Part shown: piece by piece, positions 35,482 through 43,265 of the stretch
Layout: each line of letters starts with the position of its first letter
Numbering within the stretch: the stretch's first letter is position 1
Origin: Ignavibacteria bacterium
Lineage (GTDB): Bacteria; Bacteroidota; Ignavibacteria; Kapaibacteriales; UBA2268
DNA length: 43,265 nucleotides
Direction of reading: 5' to 3'
Assembly (NCBI GenBank): GCA_012522895.1
Contig: JAAYJM010000203.1
Location: 1 to 43,265 of the forward strand
Notes under the pieces: generated by a model
Told to the model about the DNA's origin: nothing
The model's input: only the letters and a program-made list of their open reading frames with translations
The model's database searches: none
Program-made: the position numbers and the translations under genes

Positions 35482-35507
35482 CTGTCCAATTTGCTGGTAG
35501 CGGGGCA
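35482..35507 (+). repeat. 26-nt direct repeat, right copy (CTGTCCAATTTGCTGGTAGCGGGGCA)
   Basis: 24/26 identical to 28214-28239. It lies ~200 nt after the methyltransferase stop and 90 nt before tRNA-Met. Confidence 0.75.
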
Positions 35508-35596
35508 CCTTCTAACTTACTAAGAAAGCTATGTCTGGGCTTTTTTTATATCTTGCAAAAAAAATAATATTCTATTGAAAAAAAAGGTGTTTCTTG

Positions 35597-35670
35597 TGGG
35601 CCTGGAGGGACGTGAACCCCCAACCTACGGATTATGAGTCCGGCGCTCTAACCAGTTGAGCTACAGGCCC
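35597..35670 (-). tRNA. tRNA with anticodon CAT (elongator tRNA-Met, or lysidine-type tRNA-Ile2)
   Basis: Reverse complement reads GGGCCTGTAGCTCAACTGGTTAGAGCGCCGGACTCATAATCCGTAGGTTGGGGGTTCACGTCCCTCCAGGCCCA. 7-bp acceptor stem GGGCCTG/CAGGCCC with a paired 1-72 (so not an initiator). D-arm GCTC..GAGC. Anticodon loop CTCATAA. Confidence 0.85.
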
Positions 35671-35782
35671 TCTTTTCCTCTATTATTCAAATAATAGCTT
35701 ACAAAATTATTAAATTATTTAATATATTCAAAAAATAATTGAATATTTTTTTTAATTTTGATTCTTTTTTGCAAGATTTAAT

Positions 35783-37591
35783 ATGTCATTAAGAATTCTG
35801 AAAAGAAAACTCGAAAAGCTAAACAAAATACAGCCCGAAAAAACAAGCAAGCTGCCTCAAATATGGGCAAATCCTAATAGCAAGCTCTTAAATGAAATTG
35901 AAATAAACAGCGCCAAATTTTTCCTTGAGCAAATAGAAAAAATCGAACAGCTTTCTAAAAGTGAAAAAATTGAGTTTAAAGCTAAAAATTGGACAAAGGA
36001 AGCGATTATATACAATATTTTTGTTCGATACGCCGCTGGCTCTTTTCTCAATGCGATTGCAATGCTGCCTTATATCCATTGGCTTGGTGCGAACACGGTT
36101 TACCTCCTCCCTATTGCTTCGATTGGTCAGCAAGGGAAAAAAGGCGAGCTTGGCTCCCCTTATTCAATACGCAATGCTAACGAAATTGACGAAAACCTTG
36201 CTGACAGCACAATAGATATGAGCGCATCGGAGCAGTTCCTTGCATTTATTGAAGCGGCGCATTTGCTTGGAATGAAAGTAGTTCTCGAATTTGTGTTTCG
36301 CACTGCAAGTTTGGATAGCGATTGGGCAATCGAGCATCCAGAGTGGTTTTATTGGATTAAGGAAGAGAACGCAAATAATTTTTCTCCTCCTTGCTTTTCC
36401 GAAGAAGAATTAGGAAAGATTAAAGAAAATATTTTAGCTCAAAATTTTATAGAGCTAATTCCTCCAAACAAGGATTATATTGAAAAATTTGTTGAAAGAC
36501 CAAAAAAAGTTTTTAAAGAAGCCGGGAAAATCATTGCTATCAATGAAAAAGGAGAGCGCTGCGTTATTCCCTCGGCTTTTGCAGATTGGCCCCCGGACGA
36601 TAAGCAGCCGCTTTGGTCTGACGTTACATATTTGAAACTATATAATCACCCAAGCTTTAACTACATTGCATACAACACAGTTAGAATGTATGACAAAGAG
36701 CTTGCGAAAGAAAAATACGAGCAAAAAGAACTCTGGCAAAAAATTTCTGAAATTATTCCTTTTTATCAAAAAAAATATGGTATTGATGGGGTGATGGTAG
36801 ATATGGGGCATGCCCTCCCTGCAAAGCTTTTAAAGCAAATAATTGCAAAAGCAAAGAAAATAAACGAGGATTTTGTTTTTTGGGAAGAAAACTTTGCAAT
36901 CCAGGAAAAGTCGAAAAAAGCGGGATATAGTGCTGTAGCGGGTTACCTTTATTTCGATGAGCATATTCCTTGGAAAATGCAAAACTTCTTTTATATGCTC
37001 GAAACGGAGCAAGTCGCTATTCCTTTTTTTGCTTCCGCAGAAAACCACAATACCCCGCGTGCAATTACCCGTTTCGGTAGTATCAAATACTCTGAGCTGT
37101 GTTGGGCAATTAACTGCCTTGTTCCAGGTTTGCCCTTCATTCATAATGGTTTTGAAATTGCTGAACTTGCTCCAATAAATACTGGGCTGGATTTCACAGA
37201 TGAAGAAATGAGCGAGTATCCAATAGAAAAGTTAGCTCTTTTTTCAAACATTCGATTGAATTGGAGCAGCTCTCATTCAATAATTCCAGCGATAAAAGAA
37301 CTTTTAGAGATAAGGAAAAAGTATATAAAAGCAAGGGACAATTTTAAGAAAGGAACATTTTTCAAAGTTAATACAAATAATGAACAAATTTTGAGCTTTA
37401 TTAGAAAATTTGAAAAAAGCATTTTGTTTTTAGCAAATTTGAGCAAAAGCGAAAACTATGCAGAAATTGAGCTTCCGAATTTTTATAATGGCATAACAAA
37501 TATTCTGAACAGCAGAAATATTGATTTTCATTATAATAGAATAAAATTAACTTTACAGCCTTTTGAGTATCTTATTTTTGAATTGCATTGA
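35783..37591 (+). CDS. Alpha-amylase family (GH13-like) protein
   Basis: 602 aa. ..WLGANTVYLLPI..GSPYSIRNANEIDENL.. (region I context), ..YGIDGVMVDMGHALP.. (region II nucleophile Asp), ..FVFWEENF.. (region III Glu), ..ASAENHNTPRA.. (region IV-like). Confidence 0.7.
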   Translation: MSLRILKRKLEKLNKIQPEKTSKLPQIWANPNSKLLNEIEINSAKFFLEQIEKIEQLSKSEKIEFKAKNWTKEAIIYNIFVRYAAGSFLNAIAMLPYIHWLGANTVYLLPIASIGQQGKKGELGSPYSIRNANEIDENLADSTIDMSASEQFLAFIEAAHLLGMKVVLEFVFRTASLDSDWAIEHPEWFYWIKEENANNFSPPCFSEEELGKIKENILAQNFIELIPPNKDYIEKFVERPKKVFKEAGKIIAINEKGERCVIPSAFADWPPDDKQPLWSDVTYLKLYNHPSFNYIAYNTVRMYDKELAKEKYEQKELWQKISEIIPFYQKKYGIDGVMVDMGHALPAKLLKQIIAKAKKINEDFVFWEENFAIQEKSKKAGYSAVAGYLYFDEHIPWKMQNFFYMLETEQVAIPFFASAENHNTPRAITRFGSIKYSELCWAINCLVPGLPFIHNGFEIAELAPINTGLDFTDEEMSEYPIEKLALFSNIRLNWSSSHSIIPAIKELLEIRKKYIKARDNFKKGTFFKVNTNNEQILSFIRKFEKSILFLANLSKSENYAEIELPNFYNGITNILNSRNIDFHYNRIKLTLQPFEYLIFELH

Positions 37592-37741
37592 TTTTTGCAA
37601 AAAACTCCTTTTAATTTATTTGCAAGCTGTGTAAATTTAATTATATTTCATTATATTACGATTGCAAAAAAGGTGCTTTTATACAAATGTAGATCAATTA
37701 AATCAGTGATTATTAAATGAATTGAATTATAGACAAAAAAA

Positions 37742-39250
37742 ATGCTAAATATTTTAACTCCGAAAGAAATGTATGCAGTTGATAATTATTCAATTAATGA
37801 ATATGGCGTGCCATCTGCTATTTTAATGGAAAACGCAGCTCGCTCTTCTTCGATATATATTGAAAAAATTATTAGAAAACGCAATTTGAATCGCCCAAGT
37901 GTAATTATCTTATGTGGGAGCGGGAACAATGGAGGAGACGGCTTTGCTCTTGCACGCCACCTTTTCGAGAAATGCGAGCTGAAGTGTTTTTGGATTGGCG
38001 CTGAAGAAAAAATGAGTCCCGAGACAAAAGATAATTTTTTAGCAGCAAAAAATATTGGCGTGAATCTAATTAAAATTGAATCAGAAGAATTTTTAAACGA
38101 AATTGACTTTAGTTGCGATATCTTAATAGATTCGATGATCGGAGTTGGTGGCTCAGAAAATATTCGCGGTCTTGCTCTTTCAATTTTAAAAAAAATTACT
38201 GATAACCGCGCGCTGAAAATCGCTATTGATGCGCCCACCGGACTTAATACTGAAATTGGCTTTGCAAGTGAATTCTGCTTCAAAGCTGATTACACAATTA
38301 CTATGTTTGCCATTAAAACGGGAATGCTTTTAAATGATGGTATGGAGCTTTGTGGAAAAATCAAAATTGCCAATCTCGGTGTTCCAAGCAAAATAGTTAA
38401 TGAATATAGCACTATTTCCGTTTTAGAAAAAAAAGATATTGAAAACTTTTTTCCAAAGCGTAAAAAAAAGAGTTCAAAATTTGATTATGGTCGAGTTTTA
38501 ATTATTGCAGGCTCGAAAAAATATCCCGGTGCTGCTGCTCTTTGTGCTAACGCTGCCATTAAGTCCGGAGCAGGTTTGGTGGAGCTATGCACAAACAGTG
38601 TGCATTCGGCAGTTTTGCCAGAAATCATTATAAACAATCTTGATGTAAATGAATTTGGAACTATAAGCGATACAGGGTATAATTTAGATTTAATTTTGGA
38701 AAGAGCTGAAAAATCAAATGCTATTGCTATTGGTCCAGGCATTTCGGATAATAGAGAAGCATTAGAGCTATGCGCAAAAATTATAGAAAGAGTAAGTAAA
38801 AATATTCCAGTTGTAATTGATGCCGATGCTTTAAGGGTAGTGAGCAAAGATTCAATTTTAAGGAAAAACATAATTTTAACGCCTCATTGTGGAGAATTTG
38901 CAAGGATAACAGAACTTGAAAGGCAAGAAGTTGAGCTACACGCACATAGTTTGGCAAAGGAGTGGGCAGAAAAACTTGGCTGCATTGTCCATTTAAAGAA
39001 TGTGCCTTCAATCACAAGCGATGGGCAGCGCAGTTTTTGGACTGTAAACGGGAACCCTGGTATGGCAAGCGCTGGTAGCGGCGATCTTTTAACTGGGATT
39101 ATTGCCTCCTTTCTGTCCCAAGGATTGAATCCTTTAATCGCGAGCGCTCTGGCGTCTTTTCTACACGGCCGAGCTGGCGATTTATTTGCAAAAAGGTATA
39201 ATGAGGAAACGCTTACTGCGTCTGCTTTAATCGAAATGTTGCAATTTTAA
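37742..39250 (+). CDS. nnr: Bifunctional NAD(P)H-hydrate repair enzyme (epimerase + ADP-dependent dehydratase)
   Basis: 502 aa. The YjeF_N part has ..ILCGSGNNGGDGFALARHL... The C-terminal carbohydrate-kinase part has ..IIAGSKKYPGAAALCANAAIKSGAGLV.., ..IGPG.., ..GNPGMASAGSGDLLTG... Confidence 0.85.
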   Translation: MLNILTPKEMYAVDNYSINEYGVPSAILMENAARSSSIYIEKIIRKRNLNRPSVIILCGSGNNGGDGFALARHLFEKCELKCFWIGAEEKMSPETKDNFLAAKNIGVNLIKIESEEFLNEIDFSCDILIDSMIGVGGSENIRGLALSILKKITDNRALKIAIDAPTGLNTEIGFASEFCFKADYTITMFAIKTGMLLNDGMELCGKIKIANLGVPSKIVNEYSTISVLEKKDIENFFPKRKKKSSKFDYGRVLIIAGSKKYPGAAALCANAAIKSGAGLVELCTNSVHSAVLPEIIINNLDVNEFGTISDTGYNLDLILERAEKSNAIAIGPGISDNREALELCAKIIERVSKNIPVVIDADALRVVSKDSILRKNIILTPHCGEFARITELERQEVELHAHSLAKEWAEKLGCIVHLKNVPSITSDGQRSFWTVNGNPGMASAGSGDLLTGIIASFLSQGLNPLIASALASFLHGRAGDLFAKRYNEETLTASALIEMLQF

Positions 39251-39471
39251 AAAAAATAAATTTAAAATAAATTTAAAAAATAAATAATTTCTTTTGATTA
39301 TTAAATAAAAATCATTTATCTTGCATAAAACCAATTTACCATTTGCAGCAGTGGTAAATTACAGATCATTTTTTCTGAAACTTTGTAAGTATCTAAGAAT
39401 ACAGGGTGTTATGAATTTTCTGTTTTTTATGAAATAGCAGAATAATTGTTTCCTATTTTAAAAATGAGAAA

Positions 39472-40227
39472 ATGGAAAATAGTAATAACATAGAAATAAA
39501 AAAGTTAGCATTTAAGCTGGTCTTACTTTTTGTGTTTTTTGTGTTGTTAATCATTACAGCTGTAAGGTGGAACTTTCAACAGCCCGTAAAAAGCATAAAA
39601 ATAGAAGGGACGGTTGTTATTCCAGAAGAAGAAATATCTGATTTAATAAAAGAGCAAGTGATTGATACACCAAAAAGTAATATCAAACTTTCAAAACTAA
39701 AAGAAGATCTGCACTCGGTCCCTTTGATGGACGAAGCGTATAGCTCTTACAGAACTACAGATGAAATTGTTATTGCTATTAGTGAAAAGCAGATTGAAGC
39801 ACTTTTAATAGCAGAGGAAGGGAAAAAGTATTTCGTTGATTCAGATGGCAAGTTGTTAAATTATAAACTTTATAAAAAATTGCCAGATGTCCCAATTCTT
39901 AGAGGGATTATCAAAGGAGAACAGACGGACGTTTTGCTTTTAAATAATGCTTTGCAGCTAATAAACGAAGTGAAACAGCAAGAGGATAGCACTTTAATCA
40001 ATGAAGTTTCTGAAATATTTTTTGATAAGAAAAAGCAAGCCTTCGTCATTATTTTAAATGAAAATGCAAGCGAGGCAATTATCGGAAACAAGGATTTATT
40101 TGAAAGCGCAGTGAAAAAGCTATCAAGGTTTTTTAAAGAAAAAAAGAATAACAAGTTTTTAGAACAAGCAAAATACATAGATTTAAGATTTTTAAATAAG
40201 ATTTATTTTTCATTTAATAGAAATTGA
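39472..40227 (+). CDS. ftsQ: Cell division protein FtsQ
   Basis: 251 aa. Single N-terminal TM helix (LAFKLVLLFVFFVLLIITAV) followed by a POTRA-like segment (..VKSIKIEGTVVIPEEEI..). Located directly upstream of ftsA-ftsZ. Confidence 0.75.
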   Translation: MENSNNIEIKKLAFKLVLLFVFFVLLIITAVRWNFQQPVKSIKIEGTVVIPEEEISDLIKEQVIDTPKSNIKLSKLKEDLHSVPLMDEAYSSYRTTDEIVIAISEKQIEALLIAEEGKKYFVDSDGKLLNYKLYKKLPDVPILRGIIKGEQTDVLLLNNALQLINEVKQQEDSTLINEVSEIFFDKKKQAFVIILNENASEAIIGNKDLFESAVKKLSRFFKEKKNNKFLEQAKYIDLRFLNKIYFSFNRN

Positions 40228-40233
40228 AATAAA

Positions 40234-41523
40234 ATGCCTCAAGCACAAACACAGGTTAATGCCCAAAAAGAAGAGCAGAATATTGCAGTAGGGCTTGATT
40301 TAGGCACCTCTAAGGTGTGTGTTATCGTTGTTTCTCAGAACTCCGCAAGTAAACAAATAAATATTTTAGGAGTAGGAGTTGCTGAAAGTCTCGGTATGAA
40401 ACGCGGGGTTATTTCCAATATAGAAAAAACAACTAACGCAATTCAAAAAGCCGTTTTGATTGCTGAGCAGCAATCGGGCATAAAAATCAAAGAGCTTGTT
40501 GTTGGAATTGCTGGCGATCATATCGAATCCTATCAAACGCGTGGAATTGTGGGCATATCGAATCCAGACAAAGAAATTACAAAAGAAGACGTAGACCGAG
40601 TTTTAGATGAATGCAGGAACACTCAGATCCCTTCGGAACGGCGAATTCTCCACATTATCCCACAAGAGTTTATTATAGACAAACAAGACGGTATATACGA
40701 TCCTGTTGGTATGGCGGGTGTGCGTATGGAAGCTATAACCCATATAGTAACCGGCCTGTCCTCATCTGTTAGAAATATTTACAGATGCGTGGAAAAATTA
40801 GGAATTAGCATCAAAGATATTATATTAGAGCCAATAGCAAGCGCTTATTCTGTGCTTTTTGAAGATGAGAAAGAATTAGGAGTTGCTTTAATTGATATTG
40901 GTGGCGGAACAACTGATATTACTATTTTTGAAGAAGGCATAATCAGGTTTACAAAAGTAATTGCTCTCGGTGGAATGCTTGTTACAAGCGATATTAGAAC
41001 AGTGGTCGGTATTCCGGATATTCAAGCAGAAAGAGCGAAAATTGAGTATGGTAGCTGCTATGGACCTCACCTTGTTGATAATGAAGAAAAATTTCAGATT
41101 CCTGGTATTTCTGGACGAAAGCCAAAAGAATTGAAAGCTAAGGAGCTTTGCCAAATAATTCAACCGAGAATGGAAGAGATTTTCCAGTTTGCCTTAAATG
41201 AAATACGGACCTCGCCTTATTCAGCTCGTTTGGGCGCGGGGGTGGTTCTTACCGGCGGCTGCTCTCTTTTAAGAGGAGCTGAAGACTTGGCAGAGGAAGT
41301 TTTTGGTATGCCTATAAAAATGGGAATACCTTCTGTCAATGGCTTTTCCGGACTGACTCAAAAAATAAACAATCCAGCATATTCTACTGCTATCGGTTTA
41401 GCCCTTCATTCTTTAAAAATTGAAGAAGATAAAGGCACAACGCAAGTAGAAGAGGTAGAAATTAAAAAGGAAAAAAAACATACAATTTTTAATAAAATAA
41501 CTAATTTTTTAAAAGATTTGTAG
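40234..41523 (+). CDS. ftsA: Cell division protein FtsA
   Basis: 429 aa. Actin-fold phosphate motifs VGLDLGTSKVCVIV and LIDIGGGTTDITIF, ..VVLTGGCSLLRG.., and a C-terminal amphipathic tail. Confidence 0.9.
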   Translation: MPQAQTQVNAQKEEQNIAVGLDLGTSKVCVIVVSQNSASKQINILGVGVAESLGMKRGVISNIEKTTNAIQKAVLIAEQQSGIKIKELVVGIAGDHIESYQTRGIVGISNPDKEITKEDVDRVLDECRNTQIPSERRILHIIPQEFIIDKQDGIYDPVGMAGVRMEAITHIVTGLSSSVRNIYRCVEKLGISIKDIILEPIASAYSVLFEDEKELGVALIDIGGGTTDITIFEEGIIRFTKVIALGGMLVTSDIRTVVGIPDIQAERAKIEYGSCYGPHLVDNEEKFQIPGISGRKPKELKAKELCQIIQPRMEEIFQFALNEIRTSPYSARLGAGVVLTGGCSLLRGAEDLAEEVFGMPIKMGIPSVNGFSGLTQKINNPAYSTAIGLALHSLKIEEDKGTTQVEEVEIKKEKKHTIFNKITNFLKDL

Positions 41524-41570
41524 CATAAAAAGAAAACGATTTTTATAAATACATTCAGGGGGGTTCTTTA

Positions 41571-42920
41571 ATGTCAATTGGTATTGAACTTGATAATGCA
41601 CCGCATGATGGTGTAAAAATTACAGTATATGGCGTAGGAGGAGCAGGGGGTAATATTGTCAACAATTTAGTAAAGAAAGAGCTTAATGGTATTGATTGTG
41701 TGGCAGCTAACACCGATAAACAAGCTCTCGATGTCAGCTTAGCGCAAACAAAGCAGCAATTAGGCAAGCAAATCACAGGCGGTAAAGGAGCTGGTGGCAA
41801 ACCAGAAATTGGGAAAAAAGCAACCGAAGAATCATTAGAAGAAGTTAAAGAGACTATTCGCGACACAGACCTTCTTTTTATTTATGCCGGTATGGGTGGA
41901 GGAACTGGAACGGGCGGCGCTCCAACCATTGCCAAAACGGGAATGGAATCCGGCGCTCTTGTTGTTGCTTTTGTAACCACTCCTTACAATCATGAAGGAA
42001 AAGTTAGAATCAAAGTTGCCGAGGAAGGTATTAACGAACTAAAGCAACACGTAGACGCACTTATCGTTATTCCAAACCAAAATCTATTGGAATTTTGTCC
42101 CTCAGATATGCCCTTTAAAGAGGTATTGAAACAGGTTGATGATATGCTTGCCAATGCAGTGATTGGAATGCTCGGCATTATTACTGAGGTCGGCACGATA
42201 AATGTGGATTTTGCTGACGTATGCACGATTTTGAAAGGAAAAGGAGATGCACTTATTGGCACTGGATCCGGCTCTGGAAAAAATAAAGCAAACGAAGCCT
42301 TCCACAATGCTTTAAATTCACCTTTGCTAAACGGCAAAACGATTGAAGGGGCAAAATCTATATTGCTCAATATGGTGGTTGGAGAAGACTTTACAAACGG
42401 AGAATTAGGAGAAATTCTGACAGAAATTCAAAACAAATGCAACGAACAGCTGAACTTTATCCACGGCATAGTTCATAAAAACGAGATGGAGGGCAAAGTG
42501 GATATTACAGTAATTGCAACAGACTTCTCAAACCCCACGAAGGAGAACAATAATGCAAAAAAAAACAGCTCCGGAAAATATGATCTATTTACAATAAACG
42601 CAGATGGAACTGAAATAATGATTCCAAAAAATCAAGAAAATCCTTATAGACCAAACATTATTTTAAACCCTCGGCCTAATATTAGTCGACAAGATGGAGT
42701 TATATCTACTCCTAAAGGACACGAGCAACTGGGTAAATACGATGAGCCAGCTATTAGCAGAATCAACTCAACTGAGGCAAGGCCTAATGAGTTTGACAGC
42801 ATTAAAAATATATTCGAAAAACAGCATAGCAATGAATATTCTACCCAAGAAGCAGGCACTAACAAAGAGAATGTTAAAGATATTTCGATTCCCCCAGTAT
42901 TCAAGAAACTCTATGATTAA
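41571..42920 (+). CDS. ftsZ: Cell division GTPase FtsZ
   Basis: 449 aa. ..VYGVGGAGGNIVNN.. and the tubulin signature AGMGGGTGTGGAPTIAK. Long disordered C-terminal linker ending in the conserved peptide ..DISIPPVFKKLYD. SD-like AGGGGGG upstream. Confidence 0.95.
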   Translation: MSIGIELDNAPHDGVKITVYGVGGAGGNIVNNLVKKELNGIDCVAANTDKQALDVSLAQTKQQLGKQITGGKGAGGKPEIGKKATEESLEEVKETIRDTDLLFIYAGMGGGTGTGGAPTIAKTGMESGALVVAFVTTPYNHEGKVRIKVAEEGINELKQHVDALIVIPNQNLLEFCPSDMPFKEVLKQVDDMLANAVIGMLGIITEVGTINVDFADVCTILKGKGDALIGTGSGSGKNKANEAFHNALNSPLLNGKTIEGAKSILLNMVVGEDFTNGELGEILTEIQNKCNEQLNFIHGIVHKNEMEGKVDITVIATDFSNPTKENNNAKKNSSGKYDLFTINADGTEIMIPKNQENPYRPNIILNPRPNISRQDGVISTPKGHEQLGKYDEPAISRINSTEARPNEFDSIKNIFEKQHSNEYSTQEAGTNKENVKDISIPPVFKKLYD

Positions 42921-43074
42921 TTTATTTTAACAATACCGAAGAAAAATATTATTTTCAAAGAAATAATTATTTTCGATGAAACGTAAAATAAAAAGAAAAT
43001 ATTAAACAAAAGAAAAAAGGAATCAAATTTCAAATTTTTGGAAATGGCACAATAGCAGTTTATTATAACAATAA

Positions 43075-43265
43075 ATGAAAAAACAAATAATGAAAAGTAT
43101 GAAATTTAAAAGAAATCAATTTGTTTATTTGTTATTAATTATTTCGTTTATATTCAAATTATCATTTTCCTTAATATTTGGGGAATTTGAAAATCCGGAG
43201 CTATATGAACATGGGATGATTGCAAAATGCTTGCTGGAAAGTGGAAACTACACAATGCATTGGCC
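43075..43265 (+). CDS. Membrane protein, 5' partial at window end (possibly ArnT/GT39-83-like glycosyltransferase)
   Basis: Frame open from the ATG at 43075 to the window end: MKKQIMKSMKFKRNQFVYLLLIISFIFKLSFSLIFGEFENPELYEHGMIAKCLLESGNYTMHW. It has a TM helix followed by an E..YE..IA..L..G pattern. Only 63 codons are visible. Confidence 0.35.
   Translation, partial: MKKQIMKSMKFKRNQFVYLLLIISFIFKLSFSLIFGEFENPELYEHGMIAKCLLESGNYTMHW

Noticed and set aside
35482-35670. The direct repeat as a tRNA-derived att site of an integrase-type island
   Set aside because: The 26-nt repeat has no similarity to the 3' half of the adjacent tRNA(CAT). No integrase or recombinase ORF exists anywhere in the window. 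The att-like interpretation is kept only as one hypothesis.
37786-38283. Long antisense or out-of-frame ORFs inside confident genes (this one; also 17487-17918, 23019-23528, 29938-30390, 38485-38871, 41555-41866, 41990-42370, 3 ORFs inside 4040-4461, etc.)
   Set aside because: These are shadow ORFs opposite or overlapping genes with clear family motifs. Their low-complexity composition (S/L/F/I-rich) fits frame-shifted reading of AT-rich coding DNA.
39251-39300. AAATAAATTTAAAA-type short direct repeats after nnr, considered as a CRISPR-like or regulatory array
   Set aside because: This is pure A/T low-complexity DNA with irregular units, no spacers and no repeat-spacer periodicity. The nearby hairpin AATTTACCA..TGGTAAATT (39333-39360) may be a weak nnr terminator, but it lacks an adjacent T-run.

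Overview
43.3-kb chromosomal segment from a low-GC member of the FCB group (Bacteroidota/Ignavibacteriota-like). Supporting this, several secreted proteins end in Por/T9SS C-terminal sorting domains, there is a fused E1 alpha/beta 2-oxoacid dehydrogenase, and an ftsQ-ftsA-ftsZ block. Most of the window is housekeeping: era, coaE, lnt, mpg, dusB, nnr, ftsQAZ, and tRNA-Leu, tRNA-Pro and tRNA-Met. Two accessory insertions stand out. (1) A compact Type II R-M pair (M then R, ATGA overlap) lies at 6.7-8.9 kb. (2) A ~12-kb accessory/defence island lies between dusB and tRNA-Met(CAT), at 23.8-35.6 kb. It contains decayed secreted-protein genes, a NERD-nuclease/UvrD-like SF1 helicase gene, a C-terminal remnant of a second such helicase, and an abutting two-gene operon. 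That operon encodes a PLD-nuclease/SNF2-ATPase fusion and a large gamma-class N6-adenine methyltransferase with a target-recognition domain. Read across the two proteins, the domain order matches single-chain Type ISP restriction enzymes. The parts list recalls DISARM class 1 (DrmC+DrmD+DrmMI), but DrmA/DrmB are absent, as are BREX, Type I and Type III hallmark genes. I consider this pair, possibly together with the upstream helicase, the best candidate for an atypical or undescribed R-M-like defence system. The cassette is bracketed by a 26-nt direct repeat (24/26 identical). Other oddities are a ~111-135 bp REP/MITE-like element present twice in inverted orientation, an in-frame TAA in a HAD phosphatase gene, a multi-frameshifted secreted-protein gene, and an orphan T9SS tail. 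All product calls rest on motif recognition by eye; no database search or folding program was available.
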